A stretch of DNA of 64,000 nucleotides from Centroscyllium fabricii (GCA_051313645.2 JBNRSN020000008.1:105028001-105092000), one strand, 5' to 3'. Positions 26,191 through 38,328 are shown, counted from the first letter of the stretch. The notes: generated by a model from the sequence alone, not told the origin. Numbers and translations are program-made.

Positions 26191-27941
26191 CTTCCCTCGT
26201 TCATTGCATTCTGCATTAATTGCCAGTGCAAAACACAAGTAAAACCCATGTAAACTTGTTACAGCAGTGAATTCATCTTAAGGAAACCTCTAGTAAACAC
26301 TACAGGAAGACAAATCTAAACTATCTTTCAATTATGCTTTTAAATTACAACAGAGGTAGGCCCAACCCCTGCTGCAGTGTTGTAATGTAAATGTAGCTGG
26401 ATTGGTATCTCCAATCGTATGAAATGCAACCATAATTAAACAGAGATGCCTTTTGATGCAGAGTGCCATCTGGTGTTTGTAAAGGAAGTTAGTTTCAAAG
26501 AAAGGGAAGTATTTGGTCTAAAACGGCCACGTGTCACGGATTTTAAAAATCTCCAGTGGCTCCTGTAGAGTTGCTGATGATTGTTTGAGGTTTTTTTCTT
26601 TTGATCACTGTATTTTTCTTTTATTTGACAGAAACTACTGGCAATTTTGAATGCAGGGCTGTGGGTGAGGGACTGAATCTAACTCAAGGTATTGAGTCTA
26701 CAGCAGAATTGGTTGTGAGGTAGAGCAGTGTAGAAAGTAGATGGGCTGAACTGTCTGGGAGCAGCCGGTTGTGTTGCCTTTCCAAGAATAGGCCACACAG
26801 TGTATCTGCAATTGTTGAAAAGCTAGTACAGGGTAGTGACTTTAATTTTCCAGCCATGGACCTTCCCTTGTCAAGGGCAGGTTAGTATGGGCCAACAAAA
26901 AACATTTACTGCCCTGTGCAGAAGAGCTGAAATCTCAATCTGCCCACGGCCAAAAAGGTGGCATCTACAGATATTTATATTTTCCACCAATAATATGCAT
27001 ATCAAACAGTGCCGGGATTGCTTCAAGGTCAAAGGTTAAAAGTTGCCATCCTATGAGTTTTAGCATCTATTATATAAAATATAGTTTAACTTTGTAACAA
27101 TTCATGAATACTTCAATTTGCTATTATTACAATTAGAAAATATTATATTTATAGAATTATTGATGCTTGACAATTAAATCCTTCAAAGATGTTCAGGCTG
27201 ATTCCCCAAATGGTCGCTCCCAGGGAGCACTGGTCTGGAAATGAGATGGCAGCCCTTAATTTTCCATCCATTTAAATTGATGGCTGATGAACCAGGTATT
27301 ACGAGCTCATAAATTCCTGGCCAGCACTCCTCGGTGGGCGTGCTAGATTGGGGAAATCAGCTTACACATTTCAATAAACCTTTAAGTGTGGAGAGAGCAA
27401 CAGAAGAAAGCACGAGCAACATGTCAGCTGGTCGAAGATGATGTTCAGCTGGTGGCAGAATGAAAAGCCTCAGAGCTACAAATCATAGCTCGAAGTAAAC
27501 AGATAACGGTGTTGGTGGTACTTATGTGCTGGGTGTCGCACACTAATGCTCATGAGTACAGGAATCACAACTACAGAATATCAGTGCACGGACAGAAGGG
27601 CTTTTCTGAGCTGCATTCCAGTTTTCATTTGAATCCAAAGGGGAATGAGTTAAGGTTTTGATTCAAATTGTAGAAGCTATGGAGTTTGAAACATTTCAGC
27701 TTAAGTGGGTCTTTGGGGCAGCACAGGAAGTTTAAATCCCACACTTAATTTTGTCAGCTAGTGCCAACAAGTGGAAATGTTAATGGCTGGCATGTATGCA
27801 GTTTAAATATCAAAATGAATAAACAATTGGCTATACTGAAAATTCTATTTTACTGTATTTTTTCTTTGACTAGAACACTAAAACTCCAGCTTTAAAAAGC
27901 AGGTTTGCTCAGTGAAAGTAATAACTGGAAAGAATTCTTGC

Positions 27942-28105
27942 CTGTGATATTCTTGCATCATCCTGCAGTTTTTTCAGTTTCGCTTCGTTGGCATTAAGAA
28001 ATTCTTTGAGCACAACATTATGCTCATGCATGGTGTACTCCCGCTTTGTGAGCTCCATGCCTCTTTGTAGCTCTTTAACATCCAGTAAGACATTTTCAAG
28101 GGAAA
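27942..28105 (-). CDS. FMNL2: FMNL2 FH2 exon ([24 protein letters not shown]...[10 protein letters not shown]), GC donor
   Basis: CCAG acceptor; 164 nt; only a CAG|GCAAG donor gives the phase-0 join to DAFDEVV. Confidence 0.93.
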
Positions 28106-30245
28106 CTGGAGTAAAACATTAAAATCAGACTGAATCAGCCATGCAACAATGTCTCAAATGTGCTATCAAATCCTGATAAACCTATTTGCTACAAAATATG
28201 ATGCTTGGATCAAAATCATTTATGATCACTCTCCCCCAGATGATCCTTTACTATGTGATTGCAAATTAACCCTGTGTCATCTTCTATGTTTCTTCTATGT
28301 TTCTATGTTTAATACACAAAACAAGATCGAAAATAGCCTGTTCCCTGTTTGGTTCCATAATGTATTGTTCTAGGAAACTGTCATGAATTCTTTCCATGAA
28401 CTCGTCCTCCAGACTAACCTTGCCAATTTGATTTGCCCAGTCTATATGAAGATTAAAATGAATACCTTTGTTACAAGCTCCATTATTTTGTGATTAACGC
28501 TCTGTCCAATGGTATAGCTACTGTTAGGGGGCCGATAAGCTACTCTCACCGCTGTTTTCTGCCCCTTGTTATTTCTTATCTCCACCCCTAATGGTTCTCT
28601 ACTTCCTGATCTTCCAAGCCAAGATCCTTTCTCACTACTGTCCCACAGAGAGGTTAAAGAATGCGAGGAGCAATAATGCACCACTGTCACAGAGAATGTA
28701 ATTTGTGATTTTTTTTAGGGCCTTTTCAGTGCTGTGGGAGGGGTGGAACCCTAATTGCAGGATTTCAACTGGAGAGTTCAGGGACAGATGGATGCAGATC
28801 TACCAGGCATCAATATTTTTAAGAACTTTGGTGAGGAAAAGTAGGTTGCAGTTGGGGTAGTTTGCAGGGACAAAGGTTTTTTTTTGAGAAGGGACTGATA
28901 ATGGCAATCTTAAGGTTGGAGCGCAATGCTCCCTGTAAGCTGCGCTTTGTTCCGTGCGGCCCGTTTCTTTTAGTGCGTGGTCCCTTTATACTTCCACGCA
29001 TACGTGGTATTTACAATGGAAAAGCTGGTGAGTGGCCTGCGCGAGACATTTCCTATTACTGTGCGGCTGACGGTTCATTGGTGGAGAGCGGTGCTTGTTT
29101 ACATACAGGATGATCAGGTTAGTTCTTCCAGGCTCAATAGAAGTGCTTGTTGATGTTTAACATATAAATTCCAGTGTGCTGTCACTAGTGAAAAAAATCG
29201 GCGATTTGAACGCGATCTCTCCAGCTCTCGCAGCTCTCGACATCGCGTTCAAATTGCCGATTTTTTTCACTATCACCAAAATATATAAAAACCTTCACAT
29301 TTACAACCTGTAAGACCACAAACAAATATCTCCAAAGGAATTTTTTTTAAATTACCTTTAAACCTGTTTTTTTCACTTCTCAAACCTGCCTGAATTTCAA
29401 TCGACATTTTTAAACGAAAAAAAGCGTACGGACAAGTCGGACCCCCTCCCCCCCAGCGTACGGTTTGTACGCTCGGGAAAATGTTGAAAATTGTGAAGGG
29501 CCCCTAACAACAAAACAATTAGCAAAATTTCACAGAAACATTAGGCTTCTAAAATATACCATTTTAAGTGAAGTTTCACAATGAATTGCTTCTATTTTAA
29601 TGGATCAGTTAAAAATGACTAATTACAGATTGATTTATTTAACGGTTAGGCTCAGATGCCTGGATCAGGAATTATGTACATTGGGAGTGAATGGATTCAG
29701 GCTTGGATTAGTTAGTTTTGTGAAGTATTTGTAAAATATCAGTCAGTTAAAGTCAGTTTTTAAAAATTGGCTTTCACCAGAACTTCCTGGATTTATTGGA
29801 TGTGGTCCTATTCCCTCCCTAACCCTTCTTTCTCCTCTTTTAAGACGTTCCTTAAAACCACCTCTTCAACCAAACTTTTCATCACTCTTGCTAATCTCAT
29901 TCTTGGTTTGGTTTCATTTCCCTCAGACCTCTGCGAAGCACCTTGGGAGTTTTTCCACATTAAAGGCGCAATATAAATTGCAACTTGCTGCTATTGTTAA
30001 ATTAGTTTTTTTTTAAAACCCTCTCCCAATTATGCAATTAAAACCCACAAATTCTGCCTGGTCTTCATGCTGAAAATTGAGCCGTGAGATGTGTATGCAT
30101 CATACTTGTGACATTATCAGTGCAATCACATCATAAATGTGGTGCACACTCATCACGGGACTTGATTTTCAGTATCAAAGTCTTCCAAGGGAGATGTAAG
30201 AAGTCACACAACACCAGGTTATAGTCCAACAGTTTTATTTGAAAT

Positions 30246-30280
30246 CGCAAGCTTTCGGAGCGTTGCTCCTTCATCAGGTG
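30246..30280 (-). ncRNA. Minimal type I hammerhead ribozyme motif (Penelope pLTR), stem I mismatch
   Basis: CAC-CUGAUGA-A-GGAGC-AAC-GCUCC-GAAA-GC-UU-GCG. Confidence 0.6.
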
Positions 30281-31764
30281 CAAGAGAGATGCATTTAAAC
30301 ACAGCATATACAGACGGAGAACAATGTAATCTTTCCAACTGCCCTACATCACACCTCGGCAGAGAGACATTCATAGCAATCAAAGGTGTGAATGGTGTTT
30401 AAACAGATCAGTCAGTCAAGCAGGCACCACTCTAGGAACAATGAGGTGCAGTCACAAAGGGTCAAATGTTGCAGTCTGGGTCTGTGTGAAAACCCACACA
30501 GAACAATAAAAAAAAAAGATTTTTCTTGCTGGAAATCGCAGCCGGTACAGCCGCATCTGCGTGGTGAGGACAAGCCAAAGACGACTCGAGCCTGGATGAC
30601 TCTCCATCAGGTGGGGTCACATGTAGCGCGACATGAAGCCAATATCTCGGTTGAGGCCGTGCTTATGAGTGCGGAACTTGGCTATCAGCCTCAGCTTGAC
30701 GATGTTGCATTGTCGTGTGTCTCGAAGGCCGCCTTGGAGAATGCTTACCCGAAGATCGGAGGCTGAATGTCCTTGACTGCTGAAGTGTTCCTCGACTGGG
30801 AGGGAACACTTCTGCCTGGCTACAGGAGAAACTACGCCATGTTCTTCGCAGCCTTCAACATGTCATCGATGACGACAAACACCTTGCTAAGGCCATCCCC
30901 ACGCCTCGACTACTCGCCTTCAAACAGCCGCCTAACCTCAAACAGACCATCATTCACAGCAAATTACCCAGCTGTCACAAGAACAGCGACCATGACACCG
31001 CACAACCCTGCCACGGCAACCTCTGCAAAACGTGCCTGATCATCAGCACAGATACCATCATCACACGTGAGGACACCACACACCAGGTACATGGTACATA
31101 CTCATGTGACTCGACCAACGTTGTCTACCTCATACATTGCAGGAAAGGATGCCCCGGAGCATGGTACATCGGCGAGACCATGCAGACACTACGACAACGG
31201 ATGAACGGACACGGCACAACAATCGCCAGGCAGGCGTATTCCCACCCAGTTGGGGAACACTTCAGCAGTCAAGGACATTCAGCCTCCGATCTTTGGGTAA
31301 GCATTCTCCAAGGCGGCATTCGAGACGCACGACAACACAAAATCATCTAGCAGAGGCTGATAGCCAAGTTCCGCACTCATGAGCCCGACCTCAACCGAGG
31401 TATTGGCTTCATGTCGTGCTACATGTGACCCCACCTGACGTAGAGTCATCCAGACTCGAGTCGCCTTTGGCTTGTCTTCACCACGCAGATGTGGCTGTAC
31501 TGGCTGCGATTTCCAGCAAGAAAAATCTTTTTTTTAAACTGTTCTGTGTGGGTTTTCACACAGACCCAGACTGCAACATTTGACCCTTTGTGACTGCACC
31601 TCATTGTTCCTAGAGTGCTGCCTGCTTGACTGACTGATCTATTTAAACACCATTCACACCTTTGATTGCTATGAATGTCTCTCTGCTGAGGTGTGATGTA
31701 GGGTAGTTGGAAAGATTACATTGTTCTCCGTCTATATATGCTGTGTTTAAATGCATCTTTCTTA

Positions 31765-31799
31765 CACCTGATGAAGGAGCAACGCTCCGAAAGCTTGTG
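31765..31799 (+). ncRNA. Minimal type I hammerhead ribozyme motif (Penelope pLTR)
   Basis: CAC-CUGAUGA-A-GGAGC-AAC-GCUCC-GAAA-GC-UU-GUG: core boxes, 5-bp stem II, palindromic AGCU stem III, CAC/GUG stem I. Confidence 0.72.
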
Positions 31800-31967
31800 A
31801 TTTCAAATAAAACTGTTGGACTATAACCTGGTGTTGTGTGACTTCTTACATTTGTCCACCCCAGTCCAACACCGGCACCTCCACATCATTTCAAGAGAGA
31901 ACAATAGAAAACGCTGGAGAAACTCAGCCGGTCAGGCAGCATCGGTGGAGAGAGAAACAGAGTTAAC

Positions 31968-32830
31968 GGGGGGGATTTTCAGAGGGCCGTGAAGGCGGGT
32001 TTCCGGCGGGGCGCGGGGTAAAATCACAATTCCGGCAGGCGGGAAGCCACCCCGCCGGATCCCCACCCATTTGCGATTTTCCTCAGGCAGGTTTTGCCGC
32101 CCCGAATGTTTCCCACCGGCGGCGATGCAGAATGAGCTCGTTGAGGGCCCTTAATTGGATGGGTAATCATATTTTAAGGGCCCTCAGTTATGTTAGCCCT
32201 CTTCCCACCCAAAACCCGCCTGGTGGGAACCCCGCCGGTGAAAGGTGGTGGGCACCCAGTCGGCTGGGTGTCTGCCACCTTCAAGGCATGGGCACAGTAC
32301 CCACACAGCAGCTGCCACCCAAGGGTGGTTAACTTCAGAGTCCCAAAACATAGAAATCACACCTTTAAATCCCTGCTATTCATATAGAGATTGGCATGCT
32401 GCGCTGTCTGTGAGCCAAGCTGTCAATCACCCAGGGGATCAGTTTCTGTTTACATTCCATTGAAACCACAAACAAACGGTGACTCACTTCAACTGTTTGT
32501 TTTATGGTTTTAGTGTTCCCTTTCAGACTCTGACATTTCAAAGGCTGTGTCAACATGGAAACAAAGGAACCACTTGAGCACTGTCAATCAAGCTTAGTGG
32601 TTTCTTCCTACTCAGGCTATTCAGGCCTGCCAATCAACAGCCCGCCCCACTCAAACTGTGAAGGGAAAGGGCTGCGTTCCCGCCCAATAGTGTGTATTGG
32701 AAGCCCAGCAGACTGGCGGCGATTTAATTGGCCACTTGAGCCCAAATCATTTGGGCCTCCCAGGTCCTTGGGCGGGTGGGGACAGAAAGCTAACCCGACA
32801 GCTTCCCACATCTTATTAAAAATTCCCCCC
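31968..32830. mobile_element. PIF/Harbinger-type MITE
   Basis: GGGGGGATTTTC...AAAATTCCCCCC termini, 3-bp TSD AAC/ATC; removing it restores the fold-back arm. Confidence 0.8.
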
Positions 32831-33153
32831 ATCGTTTCAGGTCGATGACCTTTCTTCAGAACTGGCGCAGCCGGGAGGAGGGATAGATTTTAAAGCTTGT
32901 TGGGGCTGGGGAAAGCGGGGTGGGACTTAAAGAACAAAGGAAAGATCAGAAATTCAAGGAACAGAGGATGGCTCTGGATAGGTATGAACGGCTCTTTTCT
33001 TTTTTTTTCTTTACTCTGCCAGAGCCGTTCACACCTATCCAGAGCCATCCTGTGTTCCTTGAATTCCTGATCTTTCCTTTGTTCTTTCAGTCCCACCCCC
33101 CATTTCCCCAGCCCCAACAAGCTTTAAAATCTATCCCCCCTCCCGGTTTCTCC

Positions 33154-33190
33154 AGTTCTGAAGAAAGGTCATCGACCTGAAACATTAACT
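33154..33190 (+). ncRNA. Minimal hammerhead ribozyme motif, second family
   Basis: AGUU-CUGAAGA-A-AGGUC-AUC-GACCU-GAAA-C(A)UU-AACU; the opposite arm has G at the A position, giving an ACGU palindrome. Confidence 0.65.
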
Positions 33191-34480
33191 CTGGTTCTCT
33201 CTCCACCAATGCTGCCTGGCCTGCTGAGTTTCTCCAGCATTTTCTGTTGTTATTTCGGATTTCTGCAGTATTTTGCTATCGCGTCTTTCGAGAGAACTGT
33301 CCTAAAGACTTGAGAGGAGTTCAGATTTAAGCAGCAATAAGTGTTAAAGTTCAATTCATAGACTGGTTCCTGGTCAAAGAGGTTATCAAGTAGAAATGGG
33401 TATTTTTTCTTTTGTTAAGAGAACCTTGTGTTTGCTTTGTTCCAGGTTTCCATTGGTGATAATTCTCATCACCCTCCCCCCTCCAATTAATAATTAACTT
33501 GGACTAAAAATTTAATTTAAAAAAGCTGTTGATTTGGTCACTGTTTAATTCTACTTATTGTTGTTTATTCCCCTCCATATCATGAGGTTAAATGAAAAAA
33601 AAAAATTATTCATTCATTATGTGTTATTTTGTACACACAAAAAAACTTAGACAAAAGTACTGGAGAGAATATAAAAAAAATTAACGTGGAAAAGTTCTGT
33701 TTTAATGAGATAACTGAGTGTATAGACAGGTTACATTGTGCTTGACTTCTAGCAGAAATAGATTTGTGGCCCCACAAAGACCAGCTGTTCTTGCCCACTG
33801 TAGTATCGACCTTAAAAGCTTTTTTTTTAAATAACTAATTTGTTTTCTTGGTAAATTTCCAAATAAAAACTGATTTTCTTTATTGATTTTCCTCCAAATT
33901 TAATCTGGCATCTTTTGGGTTCAATGCTTGCCTGGTTGTTCATACTAAAAATTGAATCTGAAAGGCACCTGAAAAACCCCAGGTTTGTAAAATCAACAAT
34001 AAAACCGACTTTAATCATCCATGCTGATACAGAACTTCCTATACAGCATGCAATAAGCATGCCACTCATGTATCACACAACAATATAATTGATCTTCATT
34101 TTTTTTTTTTTTTTTAAAGGTTAGTATGTTTTGACATGTACAGGATCATCCCATTTTGGATGGAAGTTTCCACATGACTCCCCAGACAGCAAATTTCTGC
34201 CCTGGTCCTGTGATCAAAATGAAGCAACAACCAAGCACTAAACTCCTTCCCAGAGGACGGGAAGGAGGTAAAAGATAATTAGCGAAGTGCCGAGATATAG
34301 TTAACTCAGCCGGCTCTTGTGCACATCCCAGTGGTTGGTGCAACACCACTACTGGGGAAGCTCTGGGAACAGTTCACTTTTCTACCTCTTAGATACCAAA
34401 AGAGAACAAATAAAAACCTTATGCAGATTTAGCAATATTTTCTGCAGTCTGTTTCCTTTAAGAGAAAGGTCCATGGTTAC

Positions 34481-34610
34481 CTGCTGCTGCTTTCTCCACA
34501 TAGTGGAGTTCATTGTAGAAGAGGGATACATCAGGGTACTTTTCTTTGATGACATTTGCAATGTAATGTAACAAGGTTTGTTTGCGATCTGTTGACTTAG
34601 TGTCTAAAAG
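34481..34610 (-). CDS. FMNL2: FMNL2 FH2 exon ([43 protein letters not shown])
   Basis: TAG acceptor, GTAACC donor, 130 nt. Confidence 0.96.
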
Positions 34611-34742
34611 CTACCAAAGGAAAAGAATAATTAGGCTCAAGCAGTTTAATATATTGATTAATCTTGCATACAGTTAAATGTATAATGCATTTTCATTTAT
34701 AAGTTGTATATTTGCTACAAATTTATAATGTGGATCTCTTAC

Positions 34743-34823
34743 CAGGTCTAAACTCTGCAGCTTAAATCCATACACTGCTCCCCTCTTACTGCTGTTCATG
34801 TAGTTGCCAAGAGCCAAAATTAT
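34743..34823 (-). CDS. FMNL2: FMNL2 FH2 exon ([27 protein letters not shown])
   Basis: GNYMN FH2 signature; AG/GTAAG sites; 81 nt. Confidence 0.97.
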
Positions 34824-35782
34824 CTACAGAAGGTTAGAAAAATTAAATTAATAGCCAGTGACAGAGTTGGATAAATTGGAAACTTGTGATATATTGCAAT
34901 GACTTGCTGGTGATATTATTGTGAATAATTAACACTTTTGCAGTACATCTGGTGATGGGCACCATTTCATCCATTTGATATTCAATTAGTGACAAATGGG
35001 TTTTATTTCAATGTTCCATAATTTTAACAGTAAATTCAGTTACTATTCAATTTTTATTGGCCTTAACTGTCCAAATTCACAATCTTACAATACAGCAGGA
35101 TTCTTCAGCTGCTGAAACTTTCTCCTTAAATATCAGAGATAAAGCAGAGTTTTGAGTACTGCATCAGTCTAGCCTTTAAAATTCACTTCTAAGTAAATCC
35201 AAAGCAATAATTCTCTAACTCTGTGAATATTGGCATTTTTAAACAATCATGAGTAGATTTCCCTTGGCATTGCACATAGTGAGTCAGCAGATATGTTAGA
35301 AGTTTGAGAGCGATGAGGTGAGTAACAGTGAAGTAAGTAGACAGTGGCAAAATCTTTTTTAGATTAAGTCTGGAAATTTGAGCCAATCAAAAAACTGTGA
35401 CAGATTATTTGTACTATGAATACATTTAAGACTTATAGGCAAGTCTTTTAATGTATAAGTACACCATCTTCTATGATATTCATGTGTAGTTTAGATTTGG
35501 AGCACACTAGAGTTCAGCTGCTAAGGTGGAGCGATGTTAAAATTGACTGGTCCCTCTAAGGCCACTGCTTAGATACTCGTGGAAAAACGATCTAAACTAG
35601 TGATTCGCTGAGGCTAATTGTAGAGGGAAGTTTCTGTAGATTTACAGCTACTGTAAATTTTATCCTAGGGGTGGGGTGGGGTGCCGGGGGGGGGGGGGGG
35701 GGGGCTGCAGGAATATGCCAGGTTATCAAGGTCAGAAAACAAATAGCTGGAAATGACTGTCTTTTTGACATTCTGAAGCATG

Positions 35783-37419
35783 AGGCTGGATTTTACCAAC
35801 CTCGGTGGGTCCGTGGCGGTCAACGCTGCTGGCTCCAGCCTGCTGTGTAGAATCATTGGGTTTGTTAAACCGCCCAGCGCGTTTCCCGGCCAAGTGAAGG
35901 AGGCGGGTCTGATGACATCATTTGATGACACGTCATCAGCCGGATTCCTTGACGGGACCACGCGCAAATTGATTTTGACATGTGTGCTGTCAGTGTTCTA
36001 CAGCATTGAGGTGCTGCAAACACTTACAAGCACTGCACAAAGGTGCAGGGCTGCACTCAGGCTCTCCCATGACTCCCTCAAATGTAGCCCGGTTGCACAG
36101 TGCACAGGAGGACACAAGCAGGGTTGTCGTCAGGAGGACCAGACTGCAGTGACGCAGTAGATCACAAAACGTTACTGCAAAGCCACACTCAACCTCATCC
36201 TGCTGTGCCTCTCATCACATCCCCATCACTCTGCCTTCCCTACCCTACTCCTGCACATCTTTACTCACACCAACTTACCTTGCACCTCCACCCATCCCTC
36301 TCTATCTACATTATCACATTCCCATCTCACTAGCCACCCCTCACACTCACCCTCATCCTAGTCCAATCACACCAACTAACAGCACACAAGGATTGACACT
36401 TGTGTGTTTTAGCCAATGTTCATGTGAAGTTTCTGTTAATGTGCTGTCAAACATATTTATTTTCAACACGTTGCGTTCTTGGACAGATTTGTGTGCACCT
36501 TTTGAAATGGCTTAGTGAGTTGCAGTGAATGGTGAGACATAAGGGTACCCCCCGCAATGCTGATGAGTGTGAAAGGAATGACTTGGGCATTGTAGGGATG
36601 CTTTATGGTGTTGGTGTGGGGTGGTGCCAACCTGACGCATCATGTGGCAGTCAGAGTGTACAGAGTCAAGTGAAGTAAATCTGGCCATGGTGAGGCCATT
36701 CCTGGCGTCCCGGGCAGCAATGTGATCGGGTGCTGATACCCTTTGTCCTGTGCAGCATCAGTTGATTGCGGAGAAGGTTGGTGTTGTTGTTGGTGCTGCT
36801 GATGTGCCTGGTGATGCTGGTGTTCGTCTGATCGTGGTGGGATTCTTAGGACCAAGGTGAGATAGTTTCAAGGGCACCAATGCTGATGAAATAGATGGCA
36901 GATGAAGTAGAGATGACAGAAGCAATCTGTCAATGGTGGAAGAGGTAATGAGGTCAGACTGGATGGAGACTTGTGTAAAGACTTGCAAGATTCTGAATCT
37001 GTAGTGGAAATGCAGTTTAGAGAACTTAGGGGCAAAGGGAACATTTCTCAATCAGCTGGGAGCTTTGACTTGACATCTGAAGCTGTCAACTCATCAGCTG
37101 AAACAATGGCAAGTGACCTCCTGCCTCAGCTTCACAGACGGGATCTAAGCACAGTGGGAAACCAGTGGGCGACCTGTCAAAAATCAAAAAGCTGGGAAAA
37201 AAGCATTATTAAGTGGCTGTAAACAAGCCACCAATGATTTCAAGTGCCTCCCCCGCCACAACATGTTGAATCTGCTCAGCGCTGACAGACTTGACACTTG
37301 GGAAAGGCGCGTGGTGGTGGGTTGACAGCGGGTTCCCAATCCGCTGTGGGGAAAAAAAACCATTTTCTCACCCGACTTGCCACGGATAGCACCCGCTGGC
37401 TCCCCGGAAAATTTTGCCC
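35783..37419. mobile_element. PIF/Harbinger-type deletion derivative
   Basis: GGCTGGATTTT...AAAATTTTGCCC imperfect TIRs, GC-rich subterminal regions like other copies. Confidence 0.55.
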
Positions 37420-37804
37420 ATGATGTCTGATATACGATGGAGGCACACATATTTTCCGATCACAGGTCTCCCGCAGGCAGAGGCCTGCGATCTGGGAAAA
37501 TCTGCGCCCTTACCTGAGGGCTCCCGGGATGCACACGCTTCCGCTCCTGGGCCTCTCCAAACTTGAAGTGCGCAGGGCCCACGTATCCCAGGGGTGCAGG
37601 TAGTTCGCAGCGTTCCTGGATTTCACGTGGGCCATGGGGAGCCAATCACAGAAGGGAATCTCCCTTCATACATTTGACAGGAAGACCTATCCAGGCGTAA
37701 CAATTGTAAGGGTTTTCTGTGGGCGGAGTGTCTCCAAAAAGCAGAACTATCTGCCCGGAGAGGCCGTTCTCCAGGGCAGCCAGAGGCTCTGTCAAGACCA
37801 TTCT

Positions 37805-37945
37805 GATGTGGAGGTGCCGGTGTTGGACTGGGGTGGACAAGTGTAAGAAGTCACACAACACCAGGTTATAGTCCAACAGTTTTATTTGAAATCACAAGCT
37901 TTCAGAGCGTTGCCCCTTCATCAGGTGTAAGAGAGATGCATTTGG
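37805..37945 (-). mobile_element. Solo Penelope pLTR fragment with hammerhead motif (37893-37927)
   Basis: Reverse complement of 31750-31888; CAC-CUGAUGA-A-GGGGC-AAC-GCUCU-GAAA-GCUU-GUG. Confidence 0.8.
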
Positions 37946-38259
37946 AAAGTTTGAAAGGCCACTAAATGCAGGACTCTATGTATTAAAAGTCTTGCATATG
38001 GCATGTATTTCCTGCAAGTGTCACACTTCTTGTAACATTTCACCCTCAAGCACACTTTTACAATAACACCCTTATTGTTAATAAACAACATAACTTCCAA
38101 CTCACCATTAACAACACCATGGGAGTTCTGTTAATAAAAATATTTTATTTTATATATGAATCTTTAAGTTTTGAAAGAAACCCTATTTGCAAGAATGTCA
38201 GTTCTATTTGTATTCAGGGCATATTTATACTGTCAGACATTAAGATAATTGCTACTTAC

Positions 38260-38328
38260 CTCCAGTATTTTCTTCAGTTTTTGAGATGATTTTATTGATA
38301 CGGATGCTGCTATTATAGCATGGAGTTG
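38260..38328 (-). CDS. FMNL2: FMNL2 FH2 exon ([23 protein letters not shown])
   Basis: TTTAG acceptor, GTAAGT donor, 69 nt. Confidence 0.96.

Larger units (their letters stand above)
30194..31888 (+). mobile_element. Penelope-like element remnant with GIY-YIG endonuclease segment and about 630-bp inverted arms
   Basis: + frame about 30823-31430 reads ...AFKQPPNLK..CHGNLCKTC..YSCDSTNVVYLIHCRKGCPGAWYIGETMQTLRQRMNGH..PVGEHF..(stop)QRLIAKFRTHEPDLNR; 30194-30820 is the reverse complement of 31224-31851. Confidence 0.9.
31901..33280. mobile_element. Second non-coding Penelope-derived fold-back element (palindromic), left arm interrupted by a MITE
   Basis: 31901-31967 + 32834-32995 is the reverse complement of about 33021-33250 around a 25-nt pyrimidine loop; hammerhead motif in each arm. 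Confidence 0.75.

Noticed and set aside
32890-33180. Two similar ORFs on opposite strands (GLKEQRKDQ..)
   Set aside because: Artefact of the palindrome; no coding signal
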